In this document: one piece after another, positions 1-7,105 of the stretch | Position numbering within the stretch: position 1 is the stretch's first letter | Layout: each line of letters begins with the position of its first letter | Assembly: GCA_041625325.1 (NCBI GenBank) | Contig: JBFJTN010000007.1 | Span: 15,425 to 39,424 of the forward strand | Direction of reading: 5' to 3' | Origin: Oceanococcus sp. | Lineage (GTDB): Bacteria; Pseudomonadota; Gammaproteobacteria; Nevskiales; Oceanococcaceae | DNA: 24,000 nucleotides | The notes under the pieces: generated by a model | What the model saw: the letters and a program-made list of their open reading frames with translations, nothing else | Told to the model about the DNA's origin: nothing | The model's database searches: none | Translations under genes and position numbers: made by a program

Positions 1-564
1 CGTACCGCTGAGCACAAGACCTTCAACTGCCACTGCTCCGACTTTGCCCAAAGCCAAGGCGAGTGCCGCTGTAGCGCCATTGGAATGCCCCATCCAGATC
101 GCTCGATCGCTAGCAACGCAATACTGTTGAGCCAACCATTGGGGCAGCGACCTGTATCGCTTCAGACCTTCCATGCTCAAGCGGCCCATCGCTCCGACAT
201 AGGCAATCACGTAGCCTCGCGCCGTCAGACTGGCAGTCAGTCCTGCATGCCGCTCAACCATGCCTGACGACATTCCGGCGGGAGGGAGGACTATTACCAG
301 TGGCCACAAGCGATCTGCCGTGTAGTTGCGGGGCACCCGGACAAGGTGGGGAACGGGCGGCAGCCCCGATGCAGGGCTTTCAGAGGCTGGATTGCCGGTC
401 TGGCAAGCGGCCGGCACTGGCCCCGATAGAGGTGCCGGTACCACTGCGGCAATCTGCGGCTGAAGCCTGTCCCCCCAATGAATCAGTCCGGAAAACCGCA
501 GCAGCAACCCTGCGGCCGCGATCGTCAGCAAGGCCGCAGTCAGCCACAATCCCGCCTGCTTCAA
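1..564 (-). CDS. alpha/beta-fold hydrolase (esterase-like), C-terminal part cut by window edge
   Basis: Not in the ORF track because it runs off the left edge and has a TTG start. The reverse-strand frame is open from 564 to 1 (188 codons). It reads (M)KQAGLWLTAALLTIAAAGLLLRFSG (signal/TM-like) ... WPLVIVLPPAGMSSG ... IWMGHSNGATAALALA, with a GxSxG nucleophile elbow (G-H-S-N-G). The TTG at 564-562 overlaps the stop of the upstream hydratase gene. Confidence 0.5.
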   Translation of the reverse strand, partial: MKQAGLWLTAALLTIAAAGLLLRFSGLIHWGDRLQPQIAAVVPAPLSGPVPAACQTGNPASESPASGLPPVPHLVRVPRNYTADRLWPLVIVLPPAGMSSGMVERHAGLTASLTARGYVIAYVGAMGRLSMEGLKRYRSLPQWLAQQYCVASDRAIWMGHSNGATAALALALGKVGAVAVEGLVLSGT

Positions 565-1262
565 CGCGCAGCGGCGCGGGCGCTGAGTCTCGCAGCTGTC
601 ATGCGCTCTGGATTCCAGTAGCTCGCGAAGTCACGCTGAAAGGCGTCCGCCTCCTCTCTCCCGACTTGAAGAACCCCTGCGCGCAGCGCCCTTTTCGCCT
701 CGGCATAAGCACTTTTCGGGTGTGCCGACATTTTCCCTAGCATTTCCCTTGCACAAGCATGCGCATCGTCCGCCACCATATCGACCAACCCGAGTGTCAG
801 AGCACGGTCCGGATCATGAAGATCAGCGCCCAGCAGGATTGTTTCCAATGATGCAGCAGGAATGCGATACCGCAAAAGAGCAACAGCCTGGGGAGGATAC
901 AGAATGCCCAATGCGACACCGGGCATGCCGATTCTCACCTTTTGCGCATTGCACAGTATCCTCTGATCGCATGCTTGGGCCAGAAGACACCCCCCAGCAA
1001 TGGCATGGCCGTTAATCGCGGCGACAGTAGGTGCCGGATGCAGAAACAGCCGCCTGACCAGTTCATCTATCAGTCCGATAAGATTGCGGATTTCCTCAAC
1101 GCCCCGCAAGCCGGTATCAAGTCCAGCGCAAAATGCGTTTCCGGCACCAGAGATCAACAGCGGCTCATCACCTGCCTCATCCAATTCCGACAGCAACGAT
1201 GACAGATTTTCTGACGACAAGGTGTTGGGCCCCTTGCCACGGATAAATATTTCACGTGTCAT
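561..1262 (-). CDS. enoyl-CoA hydratase/isomerase (crotonase) family protein
   Basis: 233-aa ORF with crotonase-fold segments LLISGAGNAFCAGLD and VAAINGHAIAGGCLLAQACD. ATG at 1262, 7 nt after the stop of the upstream gene. Confidence 0.85.
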   Translation of the reverse strand: MTREIFIRGKGPNTLSSENLSSLLSELDEAGDEPLLISGAGNAFCAGLDTGLRGVEEIRNLIGLIDELVRRLFLHPAPTVAAINGHAIAGGCLLAQACDQRILCNAQKVRIGMPGVALGILYPPQAVALLRYRIPAASLETILLGADLHDPDRALTLGLVDMVADDAHACAREMLGKMSAHPKSAYAEAKRALRAGVLQVGREEADAFQRDFASYWNPERMTAARLSARAAAR

Positions 1263-1269
1263 CCGACGA

Positions 1270-1740
1270 TTACCCAGGCATGCTCCGATTCAACAGGTGC
1301 CGTCCAAGCAGCCCCACCTGGGCGAAAGCCGTGACAACCGCGAGCAGAAACATCAGATAAACCGCGGTGTTCGCCAGCCCCGCTCCACCCGACAGTCCGC
1401 GAACACTCCAGAGTGCAGCCAGTGCGAATGCAATGCTGTTTAACCAGGCCGTTGAGTGGACGCACAGCGAGAAACCAAACCACAGGCGCTCCGGCAGCTG
1501 GGCCGATCGGGCAGCCATAGCGAAGACCAGCACAACAATGGCATTGATCAACGCCCCTAGGTGAGCTCTGCGCCATGCATCGACATCACCGACTGAGGCG
1601 AGCCCGATCTCCCAGGGAAAGGGCCACACCTCTACCCTGCCGATCAGCACGAAGGTGTATACGAGACCTAGCAGCAACCCCATCGCGAACAAGGCACATC
1701 CGCTGATTAGGAGGCCGTTGAACTCGCGTGGCTCATGCAC
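1270..1740 (-). CDS. small integral membrane protein, about 4 TM helices, family not recognised
   Basis: 156-aa ORF. The GTG start at 1740 overlaps the ligase stop by 8 nt. Hydrophobic helices: LLISGCALFAMGLLLGLVYTFVLIG, LGALINAIVVLVFAMAA, WLNSIAFALAALW, AVYLMFLLAVVTAFAQVGLLG. The coding call rests on operon packing and TM pattern only. Confidence 0.55.
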   Translation of the reverse strand: MHEPREFNGLLISGCALFAMGLLLGLVYTFVLIGRVEVWPFPWEIGLASVGDVDAWRRAHLGALINAIVVLVFAMAARSAQLPERLWFGFSLCVHSTAWLNSIAFALAALWSVRGLSGGAGLANTAVYLMFLLAVVTAFAQVGLLGRHLLNRSMPG

Positions 1741-3358
1741 TCAACTCGCTCCATGCGACACCCTGATATTCCGCTCGCATGGCTTTTTTATCGAATTTCC
1801 CGGTCGAGGTCTTGTGCAGTTCATCAACAAATACATAAGCCTCAGGCAACATCCATTTCTCCATGCGCGCAGACAGGAATTGGGTCAGTTGCCCGCCATC
1901 CACCGTCTCACCGCTTCGTTTGACTACCACTGCGAGTGGTCTTTCACCCCAACGATCATGAGGTTTGGAGATCACGGCCGCCTCAAGTACGGCTTCATGG
2001 GCCATGATCTCGTTCTCGAGATGAACCGAGGAGATCCACTCACCGCCTGATTTAATCAGATCTTTGGTCCGGTCGCTGATACAGATGAACCCATCCGGCT
2101 CAAGACTCGCAACATCTCCCGTGCACAGATAGCCATCCTCTGTGAACTTGTCCGAGGCATCACCTTCACTGATGTAATCGCCCGTGATCCAGGGGCCTCT
2201 CAGCTGGATTTCCCCCGTGGCCTGTCCATCCCACGGTTGGCTGCGACCGTCCTCACCAACAATTCTTGCGCCGACGAAGGGCGCCAGTGCCCCAGCCTTG
2301 GCTCTCTGCTTGAATTGCGCGTCTTCGTCGTGCATTCGATGCCAGGGGCGCAATTTAGATATTGCGGCAAGTGGTGAGGTTTCCGTCATGCCCCAACCCT
2401 GAACGATGCTATGGCCGAATTTCTGAAAGTTTCGAATCATGCTTTCCGGCACCGCGGATCCGCCAACCAGCATCCGCATGGCTTGGAGATTCCAGTCCGA
2501 TCCCCTTTCCTCAAGAAGCTCCGCAATCCGCGTCCATATTGTTGGAACTCCCGCCGTGACCGTGACCTGTTCTGAGTCAAACAACTCCAGAATGCTCTCG
2601 CCATCGAGATGTGGCCCGGGCAAAACAAGTTTCGCGCCGACCATTGCCGCCGAATAAGGCATTCCCCATGCATTCGCGTGAAACATGGGCACAACCGGCA
2701 ATGCCACATCGTTGCACGACAGCCCGATGCAATCCGGCAGTGCGGATACCATGGCATGGAGGCAGCTTGAACGATGCGAATAAACCACACCCTTGGGTCT
2801 GCCAGTTGTGCCGGATGTGTAACAAAGTCCGCATGGAGCGTCCTCATCAAGGACAGGGATTTTCCGCGATTCGCCCTGGTCGGCGAGAAACCGCTCATAA
2901 TCCTCCATGCCCTCCGGCACATCCGCCCCAGTCAACCGCACGACAAAGATGCGCTCGAAGGACACTGACTCCGCGAATGCGGAGAACAATGGAAGCAGCA
3001 CGTCATCGATGATCAAGAAACGATCTTCGGCGTGATTGACAATCCAGGCAATGTCCTCTGGCGGCAGACGCAGATTCAGTGTGTGAAGAATGCCGCCCGC
3101 ACGAGGGATGCCGAAATAGGCCTCCAGGTGCTGAACATGATTCCAGCACAAAGTTGCCACGCGCTCCCCGACTTGCAAGCCCGCATTCAAAAGGGCCTGA
3201 GCCAGAGCTTCTGATCTACGGTGAACCTCGCCGTAGTTCGATCGCGATAAGGATCGGTCAGGGAGCCGGCTCACAACCTCGACTTCGGAAAACTGCGTAC
3301 CCGCCCTTTCGATGATGTCGTTCAGATTGAGCGGCACCTTCATCATCGTTGATTGCAT
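1733..3358 (-). CDS. AMP-dependent acyl-CoA synthetase (medium/long-chain fatty-acid--CoA ligase, AlkK/FadD-like)
   Basis: 541 aa. Adenylate-forming signature [17 protein letters not shown], then GWGMTETSP, then a C-terminal [10 protein letters not shown] lysine motif. Confidence 0.9.
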   Translation of the reverse strand: MQSTMMKVPLNLNDIIERAGTQFSEVEVVSRLPDRSLSRSNYGEVHRRSEALAQALLNAGLQVGERVATLCWNHVQHLEAYFGIPRAGGILHTLNLRLPPEDIAWIVNHAEDRFLIIDDVLLPLFSAFAESVSFERIFVVRLTGADVPEGMEDYERFLADQGESRKIPVLDEDAPCGLCYTSGTTGRPKGVVYSHRSSCLHAMVSALPDCIGLSCNDVALPVVPMFHANAWGMPYSAAMVGAKLVLPGPHLDGESILELFDSEQVTVTAGVPTIWTRIAELLEERGSDWNLQAMRMLVGGSAVPESMIRNFQKFGHSIVQGWGMTETSPLAAISKLRPWHRMHDEDAQFKQRAKAGALAPFVGARIVGEDGRSQPWDGQATGEIQLRGPWITGDYISEGDASDKFTEDGYLCTGDVASLEPDGFICISDRTKDLIKSGGEWISSVHLENEIMAHEAVLEAAVISKPHDRWGERPLAVVVKRSGETVDGGQLTQFLSARMEKWMLPEAYVFVDELHKTSTGKFDKKAMRAEYQGVAWSELSA

Positions 3359-3382
3359 CGTTTATACGTCCTGTGGGAATTG

Positions 3383-5008
3383 TCAGGCAGCTCGCGCCTG
3401 ATGGTCATTTTCTTCTGCGGAATCAGCCAAGATGGCGCGCGCGCACATTTCACCAATCACCATGCATGGCGCGTTGGTGTTGCCACCGATCAGGGTGGGC
3501 ATGATGGATGCATCGGCAACCCGCAATCCCCTGAGCCCACGAACCCGCAGTTGGGGATCCACGACGGCCGAGTCGTCCACGCCCATTTTGCAAGTTCCGA
3601 CCGGGTGGTAGATTGTCTCTGCGCGCGAGCGAATATCCGCCACGATGTCTTCATCGGTAATGCACTGCTCACCAGGCGTCACTTCTCCGCCGTTGATCTT
3701 GGCGAACGCCGGCATGGCGAAGATCTTTCGCGCCAACTTCACGCCCTGGATCAGCTCACTCATATCATCCGGATGGCTGAGGTAATTTGGAGCAATTCGC
3801 GGCGCGTCCTTTGGATTGGCGGAGTGCAAGCCAATGCTTCCGCGGCTTTTCGGCCGCAACTGGCACACGTGCAAAGTCGCACCATATCCGGGGACAAATG
3901 AACGGCCATGGTCCTTGAGGTAAGTCGGCAGAAAGTGAAATTGCAACTCCGGTCGCTTAGATTTCGGGCTCAGCTTCGCGAAACCGCCGGACTCTGAAAC
4001 ATTGCTGGAAAGCAGACCACCACGGCCGGAGAAGAAATCAATCAATCCCTTCACGGCTCGAGGGAGGAATGACAGAGCCAAGCCGACAGCCTGCTTGCTG
4101 TCGTCCTTGATCATGACTGTCATGTCAAGGTGATCTTGCAGGTTCTTCCCCACACCTGGCAGTTCGTGAACCAGAGGCACCCCTGCCTGCTTCAACTCCC
4201 CTGCATCACCCACCCCTGACAGCATGAGCAATTGGGGAGAGTTAACGGCTCCGCCGCAGAGCACCACCTCCTTGCGGCAGTTCAAGCGCTGGACTTTGCC
4301 ATCAATTTCCACTTCGACACCTGTCGCGGTGCCATTCTCCAGACATATACGGCTGGCGAGTGCACGAGTGAGCACCGTCAGATTGGACCGCCCTTCCGCC
4401 ATCCCCAGAAAAGCACGAGCAGAACTCCAGCGACGTCCGTTTTTCTGCGTCACCTGATAGTAACCGGCGCCTTCCTGTTCCGCGCCGTTGAAATCGTCAT
4501 TGCGGGAAAGACCTGCTTCGCAAGCAGCCTGAATGAATGCTTCGGAAAGTGGGTTTCTGCTCATTCCATCCGCGACATTCAATGGCCCACCAGCGCCGTG
4601 GTATGCGCTTGCGCCACGCTCATTGTTCTCCTGAGCTTTGAAAATTTTCAGGAGATTCTCGCTTTCCCAACCCTCACACCCCAGCGCAGCCCACTCATCG
4701 TAATCAGCTCGGTGGCCCCGGATATACACCATCGCATTGATGGAGCTCGACCCCCCAAGCGTCTTGCCACGCGGCCAGAACAATCTGCGGTTGTCCAGTG
4801 CGGCCTCCGGCTCTGTTTCATAACACCAGTTGTATGTCGGGCGTCCGATTAATCCGACGACCCCCAATGGGGTGTGAATCAGCGGACTGTTGTCCGGCGG
4901 TCCCGCCTCCAGCAGACATACCGTCGATTTTCCATCTGCTGACAACTTTTCCGCCAGCACGCAACCCGCAGAACCAGCACCAACGACAATGTAGTCAAAA
5001 ATTTTCAA
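3383..5008 (-). CDS. GMC-family FAD oxidoreductase (AlkJ-like alcohol dehydrogenase / choline dehydrogenase-like)
   Basis: 541 aa. N-terminal Rossmann motif DYIVVGAGSAGCVLAEKLS..LLEAGPPD, GMC signature GKTLGGSSSINAMVY, C-terminal HPVGTCKMG. TTG start at 5008 preceded by GGAGG 5 nt upstream. Confidence 0.9.
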   Translation of the reverse strand: MKIFDYIVVGAGSAGCVLAEKLSADGKSTVCLLEAGPPDNSPLIHTPLGVVGLIGRPTYNWCYETEPEAALDNRRLFWPRGKTLGGSSSINAMVYIRGHRADYDEWAALGCEGWESENLLKIFKAQENNERGASAYHGAGGPLNVADGMSRNPLSEAFIQAACEAGLSRNDDFNGAEQEGAGYYQVTQKNGRRWSSARAFLGMAEGRSNLTVLTRALASRICLENGTATGVEVEIDGKVQRLNCRKEVVLCGGAVNSPQLLMLSGVGDAGELKQAGVPLVHELPGVGKNLQDHLDMTVMIKDDSKQAVGLALSFLPRAVKGLIDFFSGRGGLLSSNVSESGGFAKLSPKSKRPELQFHFLPTYLKDHGRSFVPGYGATLHVCQLRPKSRGSIGLHSANPKDAPRIAPNYLSHPDDMSELIQGVKLARKIFAMPAFAKINGGEVTPGEQCITDEDIVADIRSRAETIYHPVGTCKMGVDDSAVVDPQLRVRGLRGLRVADASIMPTLIGGNTNAPCMVIGEMCARAILADSAEENDHQARAA

Positions 5009-5026
5009 ACCAAGCCTCCATTCCGG

Positions 5027-5818
5027 CTAGAGCGCGCAACCAATGGGGTCGACCTGAGCCCCTGCAGGCGTGTCCGGACAGGCGTCCATGAGGTTCTCGA
5101 CACCGTCACCATCCAGATCCGGGTTCTCATTGACCGGCACCACGGACGCTCCTGCCCCATCATTCTCGGCAGGTGGCGGCAATGCTTCGCCGAACGGAAT
5201 GATCAGGCCCACCTGGGCTGTGATTTCGTTGAATGAATTGTTTCTTTCCGGCGTAACCGTGCTGCCACTGTGCGTATCGGCCCTAACCCCGATTTCGCCA
5301 CGAAGCAGCATATCCACCGGCCCCAGTGCGAGCCTTCCACTTGCGATGCCGGCACCCAGGCTCCAAATAACGGCATCGTACTTGTCGCCTCCGTCAGCGT
5401 CCGACTCATACTCCCCGAGTGCGAGGCCCAGATAGCCGTATACGTTCCCGAGGCTTGGATACACCAACCCTCGAAAGCCAATGGACTGCAGTTCCCCATC
5501 GCTCGCGCCCACATCTTCGCCGGCACCAAATCGCTCTGATTGCAGTAAAGCTTCCGCACCAAATTGGCGCGTGACCTGCCAACCGGCGCCGATCGCAAAG
5601 CCCGTCGTCATATCGTCGGCCTGCCTTGCGCCGTCCGTTTGTGTTCCACCGATGAGCATCGTCGCGTAATAGCGGGAGTGCAGGACCAAGGCCGCGGGAC
5701 TCATGAACCCATACTCTCGATCTTCGCCCTGCGCGCCGACAAGCCCGGGCGTCAGCAATGCGGCGCCTCCAACAGTCAGAAGGAAAGCGCGGACCACGCT
5801 TCTGGATTTTGTCTTCAT
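5027..5818 (-). CDS. small outer-membrane beta-barrel protein with one C-terminal thrombospondin type-3-like repeat
   Basis: The track ORF starts at TTG 5830. I prefer ATG 5818, which lies directly behind the purine-rich GGAGAGGAG. Signal peptide MKTKSRSVVRAFLLTVGGAALLTPGLVGA/QG. Amphipathic beta-strand pattern (FGAEALLQ, IGFRGLVYP, ITAQVGLIIPF). C-terminus DLDGDGVENLMDACPDTPAGAQVDPIGC. Confidence 0.7.
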   Translation of the reverse strand: MKTKSRSVVRAFLLTVGGAALLTPGLVGAQGEDREYGFMSPAALVLHSRYYATMLIGGTQTDGARQADDMTTGFAIGAGWQVTRQFGAEALLQSERFGAGEDVGASDGELQSIGFRGLVYPSLGNVYGYLGLALGEYESDADGGDKYDAVIWSLGAGIASGRLALGPVDMLLRGEIGVRADTHSGSTVTPERNNSFNEITAQVGLIIPFGEALPPPAENDGAGASVVPVNENPDLDGDGVENLMDACPDTPAGAQVDPIGCAL

Positions 5819-5853
5819 GCTCCTCTCCAATTTGCACCGAACCAGTGTGTATT

Positions 5854-5870
5854 GTGTATAGTGACGCTAT
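5854..5870 (+). promoter_or_regulatory. shared regulatory motif, site A (GTGTATAGTGACGCTAT) in the divergent control region between the OM-barrel operon and the thioesterase genes
   Basis: 15/17 identical to site C read on the minus strand (GTGTATAGTAACACTAT, 21669-21653). It also matches site B, which carries a 7-nt insertion. Overlaps a possible TTGCAC(5832-5837)-N19-TATAGT(5857-5862) promoter on the + strand. Confidence 0.45.
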
Positions 5871-5964
5871 CTATTATTCTGAGTCAACCGCCTGCTATGC
5901 GAAATCTCTGCACTCGCGATGAATTTCGCCGCTCCTGCAAGGCAGAACCGTCAGGGACGTAATT

Positions 5965-6450
5965 TTGAACACCGGACTATCCCCAACATCACCACAAGAC
6001 ATCCGAAAGCTCGCCCAGGATTTTTGTAACGCCGTTCCCCACAACATCGACCTTGGCCTAGAGATTCTGCCCAGCGAGGCCGGCCAGGGACTGATTAGGC
6101 TTACTCCCAAAGCCTCATTGGTGGGTGACCCCCAAACAGGGCATATATTCAATAGCGTTCTTCTGTCTATGGCAGATGCCTGCGCAGGTTTGACGACCTA
6201 TTTGAATATAGATGAGCCCGTATCAATCGCCACGCTGGACTTGAGGATGGACTATCTATATCCGGCTCCTGGCGATCAACGGCTTCTCTGCCTCGGGACC
6301 TGTTTGCGTCGGACACGGGATATCGCGTTCATCCGATGCACGATCACCACTGAAAGTTCACAGGAACTGCTGGCGATTGGAAATGCCGTATTCATGCTGG
6401 GGACGGCGCGGCCCATCTCCCAGGCTGACCATTTGGAATCAATTCAATGA
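5965..6450 (+). CDS. hotdog-fold thioesterase, PaaI/DUF4442-like
   Basis: 161 aa. TTG start with AGGGA 7 nt upstream. Segment GHIFNSVLLSMADACAGL followed by a beta-rich C-terminus is typical of PaaI-type hotdog proteins. Confidence 0.7.
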   Translation: MNTGLSPTSPQDIRKLAQDFCNAVPHNIDLGLEILPSEAGQGLIRLTPKASLVGDPQTGHIFNSVLLSMADACAGLTTYLNIDEPVSIATLDLRMDYLYPAPGDQRLLCLGTCLRRTRDIAFIRCTITTESSQELLAIGNAVFMLGTARPISQADHLESIQ

Positions 6451-6899
6451 ACGCAGGAAACTCCACCGCCACTGCCAAGGCCTCGCTCGCGGACCTTTGC
6501 AGGGAATGGCAGAAATTGCTCGATGACATTCCCTATGCCAGGCACCTGGGTTTGCGGGCCGAAGTGCACGATGAAACGCTGTGCGTGGCGATGCCATTTG
6601 AGGATCGGCTTGTAGGCAATATGCTGTTGCCTGCCATTCACGGCGGAGCCATCGGGGGGCTGATGGAGATTGCCGCAATGGTGGCGTGCTCCTCCGCGGT
6701 GCGCTCCAGCCGCATGCCCAAGCTTATTGACTCTACCACCGATTACCTACGCAGTTGCAAGGCCGAAAAAACCTGGGCATCTGCCCAGATGGTCAGGCAG
6801 GGTCGCCGCGTGGTTGCCGTTAGAACGACAACCTGGCAAGGAGAAAGAAGCCGGCCCGTTGCAACCGGACGCATGCACCTTTTAACACCCGTACAGTGA
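6447..6899 (+). CDS. hotdog-fold thioesterase, PaaI-like (paralogue of the preceding gene)
   Basis: 150 aa. ATGA start/stop overlap with the preceding gene. Motif LPAIHGGAIGGLMEIAAMV (HGG...D/E-type PaaI signature). Confidence 0.7.
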   Translation: MNAGNSTATAKASLADLCREWQKLLDDIPYARHLGLRAEVHDETLCVAMPFEDRLVGNMLLPAIHGGAIGGLMEIAAMVACSSAVRSSRMPKLIDSTTDYLRSCKAEKTWASAQMVRQGRRVVAVRTTTWQGERSRPVATGRMHLLTPVQ

Positions 6900-7031
6900 G
6901 CCTGGCGCAGTTCCCACTCAAACGCGGCGGTCCCTGCGACGGAACCCGCCTCCGGCGTTGCCCCCCGCCGACCCGGGTCTTTCATAGGGCAATGGCCTCG
7001 CTCGCATCACAACATCACTAGCCATGGTCAG

Positions 7032-7057
7032 CCCCCCCCCCTGCATGGGCGCCCATG
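7032..7057. repeat. C10 homopolymer (7032-7041) followed by the perfect 14-bp palindrome CATGGGCGCCCATG (7044-7057), upstream of the multicopper oxidase gene
   Basis: Read directly from the sequence. Lies in the 206-nt non-coding gap 6900-7105, about 50-75 nt upstream of ATG 7106. Function unknown. Confidence 0.6.
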
Positions 7058-7105
7058 GAAAGTCGGTAACATAGATCGTCGAGAACCAACCCCCTGACCA
7101 CTGCC

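Noticed and set aside
300-740. 146-aa + strand ORF (and 85-267, 60 aa)
   Set aside because: It lies antisense to the alpha/beta hydrolase and crotonase frames. Its composition is Pro/Arg/Ala/Ser-rich and low in complexity, which is typical of antisense frames in GC-rich DNA. It has no RBS and no recognisable motif.
3353-4852. + strand ORFs 3353-3901 (182 aa), 4224-4457 and 4232-4852 (206 aa)
   Set aside because: They lie entirely inside and antisense to the well-supported GMC oxidoreductase gene. They have no motifs and an Arg/His-rich composition.
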